Shown here: in pieces, positions 12,480 through 21,787 of the stretch
Layout of the letters: each line of letters starts with the position of its first letter
Position numbering within the stretch: the stretch's first letter is position 1
DNA from: an uncultured Acidobacteriota bacterium
Lineage (GTDB): Bacteria > Acidobacteriota > Blastocatellia > RBC074
Reading direction: 5' to 3'
Length of the DNA stretch: 64,000 nt
Assembly: GCA_963796275.1 (NCBI GenBank)
Contig: CAWCKY010000003.1
Coordinates: forward strand, 704,001 to 768,000
Translations under genes and position numbers: made by a program
Notes under the pieces: model-generated
What the model was told of the DNA's origin: nothing
Seen by the model: the letters and a program-made list of their open reading frames with translations, nothing else
The model's database searches: none

Positions 12480-12899
12480 ATGCGCGAGTTAATGATTGTA
12501 GTGGCAGTCTTTTGGTGGCTGTCTACTTCACAGCAACCCCTGGAGAAGCAGGCACTGGCGATTGCTCAGCGCGTTCCCGTAAACTACCTGGATAATGCGC
12601 TTCCAAGCTCACCTTTCTCATCCTGGTTCGAAAAGCTAGTCGGTCAGAGGTCTGGGGTCATCTGGCAACTCGGTGAATGCGGTCAACCCGTTATCGATCC
12701 GACCCTTGCTTCAACCCAGGACTCGGCAAACGACGCGGCTCGACTTGAGATGGGTGATATTCCCGCCTGCGTGGAGGCCAATGCGGTCTTGCGGGACAGC
12801 CGTAAAGTAGTCGTGATGCTACGTGTTGGGTATTTCAAAAGCGGTATTACAGAGAGCCCGGGTTTCAATTTCGCGATGATTGAGAGAAGGTTCAACTGA
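12480..12899 (+). pseudogene. Truncated paralog of the TonB protein at 20747 (N-terminal domain only)
   Basis: Aligns to 20747 ORF (LEKQALAIAQRV, WQLGECG, GDIPACVEANAVL, AMIE); similarity stops at 12884 and there is no Pro-rich or TonB_C part. Confidence 0.75.
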
Positions 12900-14376
12900 A
12901 AGACGCCAGATCGCGAAGCTCTTCTATGGATGGGTGGTAATTATCCTTGCCGTGTTTGCGGTCGCCGTGACGAACGGGTTATCGATCGGAGGAATTCCTG
13001 TCTTTTATAGCTCTTTCATCAGTGAATTCGGGTGGAATCGAACAACCATAGCAACGGCAGGTGCGGTCCTCCTGTTGGCGCGCGGGATAGCGGGGCCGTT
13101 CACCGGGCCTTTGTGGGACCGATACGGGCCCAAGCGGTTTATGGTGACCGGTGCAGCGGTCATAGGGTTCGCACTGATAATCGGTTCGTCCATCAACGCG
13201 CCGCTGCATCTTTACGCGATGATCTTGTTAATGGCCATTGGGTTGACCTTTGCGGGATTGGGGCCGGGAGCATTTTTAGCTTCGAGCTGGTTCACCGGCA
13301 AGCGTGGAATCGCAATGGGCATCGTCGCCACGGGAACCAGTCTGGGTGGAATGATCTTTTCGCCGATCTCAACATGGCTGATCGCTAGCTACGGTTGGCG
13401 ACAGGCGATGGTTATCTATGCCGTCTTTTCATTCGCCGTCTTCGTCCCTTTGATGTTTTTCTTCATTAAGAACCGGCCGGCCGAGATTGATGCTCAGGCG
13501 GACCCTGATGAATCGGATTGGTTTTTGCGGAATCGAAACCTCATCAAAAGTGGGCTGGCTACCGCGGGCATCGTAGGGACGCTGATATATTCGCCCATCT
13601 CACAACATCTGGCCGTCGGGTTCGGCAAGCAGGGGGCGATCGTCATCTTCGCCGTCCTGGCCAGCATATGTCTGGCGGCTATGTTGAGATTTTTTGTAAA
13701 AAGAGGCGATAGCGCCGCGGTCGATGAAGTAGTGAGCGTGAAGGGTAAAGTTACAGGGGCAACATTGCGTGAAGCGATGGGCAGCGCATCTTATTGGCTG
13801 CTGTTAATCGGGTCCTCGCTCTGTTATTACGTCATCTTCGCCATCGTACAGCAATTCATCCTGCACTTGCAGTCGCCCGAGATCGGGTTCAGCCTGGCCG
13901 GCGCCGCCTGGGCGTATAGCACCTTGTTTTTCTTCAGTCTGGCCGGCAAATCGTTCTTCGGATTTCTGAGCGACCGCTTTTCCAAATGCGCAGTCAACCT
14001 TATCTGCTGCGTGATGATGTTTGCCGGCACGCTGATCCTGCTGAAGATCGATCAGGGTAATACGTGGTTCTTCTGTCTGTTTTTCGGATTGGGTTATGGT
14101 GGGATCACCGTGACTACGAAGCTGGTGCTCGCGGAGCTCTTCGGACTTCGATCATTGGGCAAGCTGCTCGGCATCATGATGGGCGCCGAGACGATCTTCG
14201 GGAGTGGAGGCAATCTGCTGGCAGGCCGGCTGTTCGATGCCACGAGCAGTTATCAAAGCGCGTTCAAGGTGATGGCGATCTGTTCGATCATCTCGGTCAT
14301 CTTGATGGCGCTGTTATATCGTAGTTCTAATGCTTGGTTGTTGAAATCAAGCGGCACGCTTCGCGCTTCATATTGA
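12880..14376 (+). CDS. MFS transporter (OFA-like) with a duplicated TM hairpin
   Basis: FYGWVV, WDRYGPKR, WFTGKRGIAMG, LSDRF; TTG start overlaps the TonB remnant. Confidence 0.85.
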   Translation: MREGSTERRQIAKLFYGWVVIILAVFAVAVTNGLSIGGIPVFYSSFISEFGWNRTTIATAGAVLLLARGIAGPFTGPLWDRYGPKRFMVTGAAVIGFALIIGSSINAPLHLYAMILLMAIGLTFAGLGPGAFLASSWFTGKRGIAMGIVATGTSLGGMIFSPISTWLIASYGWRQAMVIYAVFSFAVFVPLMFFFIKNRPAEIDAQADPDESDWFLRNRNLIKSGLATAGIVGTLIYSPISQHLAVGFGKQGAIVIFAVLASICLAAMLRFFVKRGDSAAVDEVVSVKGKVTGATLREAMGSASYWLLLIGSSLCYYVIFAIVQQFILHLQSPEIGFSLAGAAWAYSTLFFFSLAGKSFFGFLSDRFSKCAVNLICCVMMFAGTLILLKIDQGNTWFFCLFFGLGYGGITVTTKLVLAELFGLRSLGKLLGIMMGAETIFGSGGNLLAGRLFDATSSYQSAFKVMAICSIISVILMALLYRSSNAWLLKSSGTLRASY

Positions 14377-14573
14377 AATTCGTTTTATAACAATAAATGT
14401 GGCTGCTCAGTGGAATCTGACTGAACGGTTACGAAGAAAATTTATATATTCTAGTTGCTGCGGATAAAAATTTACCTATCGGTTTGGCGTATCAATAGGA
14501 GGAGTATCAGTAAATCGGAGTGATGCCTTGATAGCCGATTTTAGGATCGGGGCTTGGAAATAGGAGTGAAATA

Positions 14574-17500
14574 ATGATAAGTAAAAACAAGCGAACATTT
14601 CTTGCGGCATTGGTAATCGCAATATCAGCGATCAGTTCCTCTGCGCAGACGACGACCGGCACGTTTCTCGGTTACGTGAGGGACATGACCGGTCAGGTTC
14701 TGAGAGGGGCTAAGGTCACTGCGACCAATGAAGCTACGGGGTTGACGCGAACCGTCACGACAAGCGTAACCGGCGAATATGTGATCGCCCTGCTTCCAGT
14801 GGGCAAATACACCCTGACGTTCGAAGCCGGGGACTTCAAGCAGCGTTCGATCAAGGGAGTGGTGCTCGAGCTGGATCAGAGAGCCAGAATCGACACGGTA
14901 CTGGAGATCGGTCCGGTAACCGAAATAATCACGATCGACGACAGTAGCGCGGGAGCTTCGTTGACGCGCACCGAGACGGCCGAGGCGGGCGAAGTGATCG
15001 AGAACAAGCGGATCGTCGAACTTCCACTCAATGGACGGCTCTTTCTTCAACTCGCGCAACTGACGCCCGGCGTCGTCGAAAATTCGCGCGGCGCCTTCGG
15101 TCAGCAGCTTTCCAGCATCTCCGGGCCGCGTATCACTGTGATGGGCGCGCGCGAGAGCGATAACTATTTCACCCTGGACGGCGTAAGCGTGACCGACCGC
15201 TTTTTCAACACGCTCTCCGCGCCACTGGGGGTGGACGCGATTCAGGAATTCAAAGTACAGTCGAACCTTTACACCGCAGAAACCGGCACGCTCGGCGGCG
15301 CCCAGATAAACATCGCCATCAAGAGCGGAACGAACGCCCTGCACGGTTCGGCTTTCGGATTCCTGCGCAACGACAACTTAGATGCGCGCAATTACTTCGA
15401 TTTCCAGGGAAAACCCGAGTTCCGCCAGAACCAGTTCGGGGGAACGGTGGGTGGACCGATGATCAAAAACAAGGCCTTCTTTTTCGGTAATTACGAAGGG
15501 CTGCGTTTAGCCAAGGCTCAGACTCGCACGTTCATGGTGCCGTCAGACAGCCTGAGGGCAGGACAATTCACCACGCTGATTCGCGACCCTTCCCTTGGTC
15601 CTACGTGCACCGCAGCCGACCAGAGTGCCTGTTTCCCCGGGAACGTGATTCCCGACGCGCGCATCTCCAGCACGGCGAAGGCGCTGCTTCAATATGTGCC
15701 GCAGGCAAACCTTACCGGCGGGCCCTTTGGCAACAACTACATCGCGTCGCCGCAGGAGATCAACGACAACAATCAGTTCACGATCAAAACCGATTATCGG
15801 ATAGGGGAAAAAGATACGGCATTTATACGCTACACGTTCTACGATGTGAATGCCTATCAGCCCTATGGATTCGTAGCCTTTGCGAGCAGCCCGATCTCGA
15901 TACCCGGATTTGGCCAATTCGTCACCCAGCGTTCACAGAACGTGGCGGTCAGCGAGACGCACATCTTCAATCCGATGCTCGTCGGCGAGTTGAAAGTCGG
16001 ATTCAACCGAACGGCTGGTGGCCAGTTTCAAGAGAACAGCGACATACCTTTCGTTGCGCAGAACAACATACAGGGTGCCAGCACTGCTACGGTGGATCAG
16101 GGCATCCCGCGCATTACCCTCGCGGGGTTCAATGCATTCGGCGATGTAGCTACGCCCATCTCTCGCCGCGACAACGACTACCAGGCTAATTACAGCCTAT
16201 CATGGTTCCGCGGCAGCCATAACTTCATATTTGGAGGCATGTACAAGAGACTCCAGTACAATCCATTCATCGTTTCCAATAAACGGGGCCAATTCTCCTT
16301 CAATCCCAGCACCAATTTCACGGGTAACCCATTTGCCGATTTCCTGCTCGGACTGCCGACCAGTGCAAATGGCGGGTTCGGAGATGTCAGCATCTATCTC
16401 CGCGGGAACGAATGGCACGGTTACGTGCAGGATAACTGGAAAGCGACGAGGCGGCTCACCGTCAATTTGGGGGTGCGGTACGAATACGCCTCGCCATTCA
16501 CTGAAAAGAACAATCGTTGGTCGACTCTCGACATCCAGAATCGCCGGGTGATAATCGCGAGCGAGGATGGGCAAACGTATCCACAGAACCTGTGGATTCC
16601 TGGCATCCAGCAACAACTCGCTCCGCTGCAGATCGTCACATCCGAAGACGCCGGGTTAGATCCGTCGCTGGTAAACAGGGATATGAACAACGTCGCGCCG
16701 CGCATCGGCCTGGCGTTCGATGTATTCGGAAATCAGAAAACGGTTATCAGGACCGGATACGGCATCTATTACAACGCCGCATCCTTCAATACGTTTACAC
16801 TGCAGAGCCAGTCGCCGCCTTTCTTCAAGAGAATCATGGCTAACAATTCGGCGGCGATTTCATCGTCGATCAATAACATTCTAGCCAACCCGCTACAGGG
16901 TCTCCCGGCCTTCCAAACCTACGACATCAACTTCCGGTCGCCCTACTTCCAGCAATGGAATTTCGGCATCCAGCAGTTGCTGACGCAGAACCTGTTGCTC
17001 GAAGCGCAGTATCTGGGATCGAAAGGCACGAAGCTTTACACCAACATCTGGTATAACACTCCGGATGCGTCACCGCTGCCGCCCGGGCCGCGTGCGCCGT
17101 TCCCGAACCTCGCCAACTTTGCCTTGCAGGCAAGCGCCGCCAATTCGAGCTACCACGCGATGGTGTTGAAGACTGAGAAGCGGTTGTCGTCAGGTTTGAT
17201 GGTAATGGGCAGCTACACGTTTTCGAAGAGCATCGATAACGATTCGCTCGGAAACACGACCAACTCATCGGGCCTCGATCAGAGTAATATCAAGGCGCTC
17301 GAGCGTGGGTTGTCGAGTTTCGATGCGCGTCACCGCTTCGTTGCCAGTTATACCTACGACCTGCCGTTCAAGTCGAATAATAAATACATATTCGGCCTGC
17401 TCGGCAATTGGCAGATGGGTGGAATCATCACTCATCAGTCGGGGAACCCGTTCACGGTGAACCTCGCCGGCGAACGCTCGGGTAACGGTCTGGGCTTTAT

Positions 17501-17897
17501 AGGATATGCGAGGCCGAACCTGGTCGGGGATCCGAACCTGCCCAACGACCAGCGGACGACAGATCGATGGTTCAACACCGACGCCTTCACCCTGCAACCG
17601 GCCGGCTTTCTCGGAACTGCCGGGCGTAACGTCGTCGAGGGACCGGGGACGAATTCTGTGGACTTATCGCTGCTCAAGAACATACCGATAACCGAGCGCC
17701 ATAAGTTGCAGTTCCGGACCGAGTTCTTCAATTCCTTCAATCATGTGAACTTTGATGTTCCCGAAAGGATATGCTCCGTTCCGACAACCAGCGCGCTTGG
17801 CGGCGCGTCCTGTACAGTAGTCGGACAACCATTCGGCCGCATCAGCGCAGCGCGTGACCCGCGCATTCTGCAGTTCGCGTTGAAGTATATGTTCTAG
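14574..17897 (+). CDS. TonB-dependent receptor (Oar-like, N-terminal carboxypeptidase-regulatory-like domain)
   Basis: Signal peptide, LPLNGR, KSGTN..HGS, RQNQFGG, YVQDNWK, C-terminal QFALKYMF; RBS GGAG. Confidence 0.93.
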   Translation: MISKNKRTFLAALVIAISAISSSAQTTTGTFLGYVRDMTGQVLRGAKVTATNEATGLTRTVTTSVTGEYVIALLPVGKYTLTFEAGDFKQRSIKGVVLELDQRARIDTVLEIGPVTEIITIDDSSAGASLTRTETAEAGEVIENKRIVELPLNGRLFLQLAQLTPGVVENSRGAFGQQLSSISGPRITVMGARESDNYFTLDGVSVTDRFFNTLSAPLGVDAIQEFKVQSNLYTAETGTLGGAQINIAIKSGTNALHGSAFGFLRNDNLDARNYFDFQGKPEFRQNQFGGTVGGPMIKNKAFFFGNYEGLRLAKAQTRTFMVPSDSLRAGQFTTLIRDPSLGPTCTAADQSACFPGNVIPDARISSTAKALLQYVPQANLTGGPFGNNYIASPQEINDNNQFTIKTDYRIGEKDTAFIRYTFYDVNAYQPYGFVAFASSPISIPGFGQFVTQRSQNVAVSETHIFNPMLVGELKVGFNRTAGGQFQENSDIPFVAQNNIQGASTATVDQGIPRITLAGFNAFGDVATPISRRDNDYQANYSLSWFRGSHNFIFGGMYKRLQYNPFIVSNKRGQFSFNPSTNFTGNPFADFLLGLPTSANGGFGDVSIYLRGNEWHGYVQDNWKATRRLTVNLGVRYEYASPFTEKNNRWSTLDIQNRRVIIASEDGQTYPQNLWIPGIQQQLAPLQIVTSEDAGLDPSLVNRDMNNVAPRIGLAFDVFGNQKTVIRTGYGIYYNAASFNTFTLQSQSPPFFKRIMANNSAAISSSINNILANPLQGLPAFQTYDINFRSPYFQQWNFGIQQLLTQNLLLEAQYLGSKGTKLYTNIWYNTPDASPLPPGPRAPFPNLANFALQASAANSSYHAMVLKTEKRLSSGLMVMGSYTFSKSIDNDSLGNTTNSSGLDQSNIKALERGLSSFDARHRFVASYTYDLPFKSNNKYIFGLLGNWQMGGIITHQSGNPFTVNLAGERSGNGLGFIGYARPNLVGDPNLPNDQRTTDRWFNTDAFTLQPAGFLGTAGRNVVEGPGTNSVDLSLLKNIPITERHKLQFRTEFFNSFNHVNFDVPERICSVPTTSALGGASCTVVGQPFGRISAARDPRILQFALKYMF

Positions 17898-17899
17898 GT

Positions 17900-17937
17900 A
17901 ATTTCCTGGGAGCGGAGCGCACCAGCTCTCAGGAAAT
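17900..17937 (+). terminator. Hairpin after TBDR1
   Basis: ATTTCCTGGGAGC ... GCTCTCAGGAAAT. Confidence 0.55.
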
Positions 17938-17980
17938 GAATATCCTTCAGGGCATCGCTCAGTTAGAAGCGGACTTGGTG

Positions 17981-18054
17981 ATAACCCACGAAGTAACAAA
18001 AGAAGACGATGATAAGGAAGATGTCTTCGACTTTCTCAGTTACTTCGTGGTTTA
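17981..18054. repeat. Inverted repeat CCACGAAGTAAC ... GTTACTTCGTGG
   Basis: Perfect 12-bp arms about 40 nt apart. Confidence 0.65.
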
Positions 18055-18068
18055 TTTTATTGGGGAGT

Positions 18069-18269
18069 GTGCGAATTAGTTGGCTATTATCGACAGTTTG
18101 AACCCGATGCGTGGATTACTCAGGTCTCACAAGCTCCGGGGGGGAGCGACATATGAATGCCTGTATGTCGCTCCGGAGTTTGTGAGATGTGGGTAATCGA
18201 ATGCTATGTACATCGGGCTCCTCCGGAGCCAATCAAAAACTGTTGATAATGACTAACTTTAATTTGCAC
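18069..18269. mobile_element. MITE/REP-like 200-bp fold-back element
   Basis: Imperfect ~30-bp terminal IRs, nested stems CCCGATG/CATCGGG, GATTAC/GTAATC, TCTCACAAGCTCCGG/CCGGAGTTTGTGAGA, GAGCGACATA/TATGTCGCTC, and a GCTCCTCCGGAGC hairpin. Confidence 0.65.
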
Positions 18270-18347
18270 GTCTTCATTTTATTCAAATCCATTTTTGCTC
18301 GTTTCCACGAATGAGTGGTATTCGAGTTAAAACAACGTAATAGAGTA

Positions 18348-19427
18348 ATGTTAATCCAACACGATCGCACCAGCCGTGCGAGTTTCGATTATGTCGAAGG
18401 TTTGAAGCGATATGTCACCCAAAAGATAACTCCCAGCTTGCGGGACGCATATGAAGCGGGAGCTCAGCATTACGCCCAAACGCACGACGGTGAGAAACCG
18501 GCGACGATCGAGCAGGTGGCCGAAGTAATGCGGCCGATGACGATCTACCAATACCATCGCGCCATCCAGCGCGCGAGCCAGGAGTTGATGTGGGCGGTCA
18601 TCTATGAATCGCTGGAACCGCGCCGCGCGGAACTGATCGAAGAGCTGAAACGCACATCCAGTAGTAATGCGCTCGGAAGCATCGTGACGAACCCGAATCT
18701 GAAGCTGCCGGAATATTACACGTCCGTGGATTTCCATCTACAGCCGCGCAGTTATTACGGCGACGAACTGGCCGGCATCGTCTATGACATAGGCGTACCC
18801 ATCTACGTGATGCGCCGAAACGGCTCGGATAGCGGTGAGAGCGGGCGCGCGCTGGCTTCTGTGATACCACCTGGGCGGTACTACAATATACTCGATATGG
18901 GTTGCGGAATCGGTCAGAAGACGATCCCGATTGCTGACGCTTTCCCGGGCGCTGATATCCATGCCATCGACCTGGCGGCACCGATGATCAGATATGCGCA
19001 CAAACGCGCCGAGCGGATGAGGCGCAAGATTCATTTCAGTCAGCAGAACGCCGAGCGAACCAACTTTGCGGGCGAGACATTCGATCTGGTCGTCTCGACG
19101 ATCCTGCTGCACGAACTTCCGCCGAATGCGATCCGCAATATGATCGCCGAGTCTTATCGGTTGTTAAAGCCGGGCGGATTGGCGGCGCATCTAGATCTGC
19201 CGCCCTACAACCGACAGTCGCCCTACGGTGCATTCCTGATGAATTGGGAGACGCGCAACAACGGCGAGCCGTACTGGCAGGCATTCCACGAACTCGATCT
19301 GCCCGGGATCTATGGTGAAGCCGGATTCAGGAACATCCGTGAGATTACCGCCGAAAGCAAGTGGAGCAGCGGCACCGGATTCTATTCCGGTAAATTCCCG
19401 TACTGGGTGACAATTGGGGAGAAATGA
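18348..19427 (+). CDS. Class I SAM-dependent methyltransferase with long N-terminal helical extension
   Basis: ILDMGCGIG, FDLVVSTILLHELP, LLKPGG; PEYYTSVDFHLQP and NNGEPYW family motifs; alternative GTG start 18315. Confidence 0.88.
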   Translation: MLIQHDRTSRASFDYVEGLKRYVTQKITPSLRDAYEAGAQHYAQTHDGEKPATIEQVAEVMRPMTIYQYHRAIQRASQELMWAVIYESLEPRRAELIEELKRTSSSNALGSIVTNPNLKLPEYYTSVDFHLQPRSYYGDELAGIVYDIGVPIYVMRRNGSDSGESGRALASVIPPGRYYNILDMGCGIGQKTIPIADAFPGADIHAIDLAAPMIRYAHKRAERMRRKIHFSQQNAERTNFAGETFDLVVSTILLHELPPNAIRNMIAESYRLLKPGGLAAHLDLPPYNRQSPYGAFLMNWETRNNGEPYWQAFHELDLPGIYGEAGFRNIREITAESKWSSGTGFYSGKFPYWVTIGEK

Positions 19428-19472
19428 TTCAGGATTTTGCGAGGTCAAAATGAACGCTTCTGGTGAAATACG

Positions 19473-19736
19473 ATGAGATTGATCAAGAAACCGAGCCAAT
19501 TCGACGATCCGGCAATCGATGCACTGCTGAGTATCGTCCTTTCTCTGGGCAATGAGGTCTATGTGCTGCGCGACCGGATGCGCATCATCGAGACGCTGCT
19601 AGAAGCCAAAGGTACGATCTCGCGCGCCGACATCGATAAATACCAGCAAGCGCCGGAGGAAGCGGAATCTATCCGCAAGGAGGCCGATGCCTTCGTCTCA
19701 CGACTGTTCCGTACCTTCGAAAGTAACCAGGAATGA
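19473..19736 (+). CDS. Small helical hypothetical protein (87 aa)
   Basis: Amphipathic helices FDDPAIDALLSIVLSLGNEVYVLRDRM and LLEAKGTISRADID; normal codon usage; directly follows the methyltransferase. Confidence 0.8.
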   Translation: MRLIKKPSQFDDPAIDALLSIVLSLGNEVYVLRDRMRIIETLLEAKGTISRADIDKYQQAPEEAESIRKEADAFVSRLFRTFESNQE

Positions 19737-19870
19737 TTGTCAAACAACGCCTCAGCCCTGTATCCGATCTGCGCTAACCAGTTAAGGCATTCTGTCAGGG
19801 ACTTGCGATAAATTAGCCACACCCAACACTTTTTTGAGTTTAAAAAGTATGGTAGCTAATGAAATGGTTG

Positions 19871-19899
19871 TTGACTAAAAATACAATTCTGTATAGTCT
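19871..19899 (+). promoter_or_regulatory. Putative sigma70 promoter, module B
   Basis: TTGACT-N17-TAGTCT; context GAAATGGTTGTTGACTAAAA matches 11797. Confidence 0.5.
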
Positions 19900-20746
19900 G
19901 TCAAACTGGTTTACAGTTGATCCATTCTGAATATTACTTAAGCGATCGCTTTCTGTGATACGCGTAACCAGTTATGCTGGTTGTATTTTAACTTGATGTT
20001 CTTTAATTCCAACTCATTACTCTGACTAACCATAATAGCCGGAGTAAATGCGAGTTTGGTTGCGGTGATTGGCGCCTGGAATAATGAGATCTCCCTGATC
20101 GATTGTCCAATGAACGGCGCTAGCTACTCATCACTTTCCAGCAACTATAACAACCTAGACTTTATGGTTGACTTTGCGATAAATCGCCCCTGCATTTAGT
20201 GTATTACTTATTAATTTTTTAGCCCACACTGATTGCTCTTCTTGCAGAGGTTCGGAGGGGTGTGTCATTAAGTATATGATAAATAAGGAAAAGGAAGCGA
20301 CAGGGCTTCCCGTATTTGAAACAACCGGGACTTTTAGTAAACGAAGCCGGTGCAATTTAAAGTTATCGAGGTAGCCAGTTTCTATTCTTTGGTTGAGGAG
20401 GGAAAGCCTGTTCAACGCAGAGGGGAGCCTGTGATAACAAGGTAAACTTTAATTTGCGCAGCTTCTACTAATTGAAACACTTATGGATCTGTTACTCCAA
20501 TTTGCATCTCTCTTATTGCTGTAACAAGGAATGATGGTGAATAGCGGTAGTTGGAGAAGATAAGTTGGAGAGCGTAATGAGCTTCAGTCAGACAACTCAG
20601 CCGGATCATTTCCCACGTGTGATCTTATAGACATAAGTATTGGTTGTTACCAAAATTCGCGTCTGGGTGGACTAATGGGCTAAAGATGGATTACCTCTTG
20701 CACTGACTAAATAGGGTAGATCTGTTATTTCGAGAGACCCTGAAAT

Positions 20747-21712
20747 ATGCGCGTTTTGTTGTTTTTGGTGGCATTCTTTTGGTCTATGTCCAGCTTACAG
20801 CATCCCATGGAGAAACAGGCGCTCGCTATAGCCCAGCGTGTGCTCGCAAGCGATCTCGATAACGGATTGCCGGCCTCACCATTCTCCTCCTGGTTTGAAC
20901 AAGTTGTTGGCCCGGATTCGGGAGTCGTCTGGCAGCTCGGTGAATGTGGCAAATCGATTAGCGATCCACCCCGGGCTTCTACCCGACAGGTTGCCCATGA
21001 TTCGAAACGACTGGAGATTGGCGATATCCCTGCTTGTGTGGAGGCCAACGCTGTTTTGCCTGATGGACGGAAAGTAGTCGTGATGATAAAAGTTGGGTCC
21101 TTTAGGAAAGGTATCACCGAGAACCCGGATTTCAATCTAGCGATGATCGAGCAGGGGGATGAGTTATACCTCATTAAACGGTTGAGCGATTTGCCCAAGA
21201 GGCTAAGCACACATCCAGACTTGGCAGAAAAGCTTGATATATTGTCCTTGCCTGAAGCCGAAGCAACTTCCAGGTTTGGTTTTTTCAAGGACTTTCAGCA
21301 GGGATTGCTGGATGTAATTAATAACAATCTATTATCCAGCGCTTCGATCGAATCCAGCCCACCACCACTACCGTCACCCCCAGCACCAGAGCAACGACCG
21401 CGAAGGGTGAGCCCGTCTGCGAAGATAGAGAATGAGTCAAAAAGCATTTTGCAGGGTCAAGCGGTGACCAAAGTGCAACCAGCATATCCTGTCAGCGCGA
21501 GAAGATTTAACGTCGCAGGGCAAGTTCAAGTTCAGGTTGGTATATCTGAAACGGGACGTGTGACCGAAGCAAAAGCACTCAGTGGACACCCGCTACTACG
21601 CGACGCGGCAGCAGATGCAGCCCGCAAGTGGGTATTTAATCCGACTACGTTCGACGGTGTTCCGGTGACGACGCAAATTGTCCTGACTTTTGATTTCACC
21701 GTGCCTAACTAA
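20747..21712 (+). CDS. tonB: Energy transducer TonB with uncharacterised N-terminal domain
   Basis: N-terminal hydrophobic anchor, Pro-rich linker SPPPLPSPPAP, TonB_C KVQPAYPVSARR...SGHPLLRDAAADAARKWVF. Confidence 0.88.
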   Translation: MRVLLFLVAFFWSMSSLQHPMEKQALAIAQRVLASDLDNGLPASPFSSWFEQVVGPDSGVVWQLGECGKSISDPPRASTRQVAHDSKRLEIGDIPACVEANAVLPDGRKVVVMIKVGSFRKGITENPDFNLAMIEQGDELYLIKRLSDLPKRLSTHPDLAEKLDILSLPEAEATSRFGFFKDFQQGLLDVINNNLLSSASIESSPPPLPSPPAPEQRPRRVSPSAKIENESKSILQGQAVTKVQPAYPVSARRFNVAGQVQVQVGISETGRVTEAKALSGHPLLRDAAADAARKWVFNPTTFDGVPVTTQIVLTFDFTVPN

Positions 21713-21787
21713 CGAGGGAGAAAACTAAAAGCCCGTGCTCCTAGCTTCAGCTTATCAGAAAAGGAAAACGGAGGAATAGAAAGAAAT

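Noticed and set aside
19736-20747. Riboswitch (cobalamin, TPP, c-di-GMP) upstream of TonB/TBDR genes
   Set aside because: No consensus cores recognised by eye; an Rfam scan would be needed to exclude one
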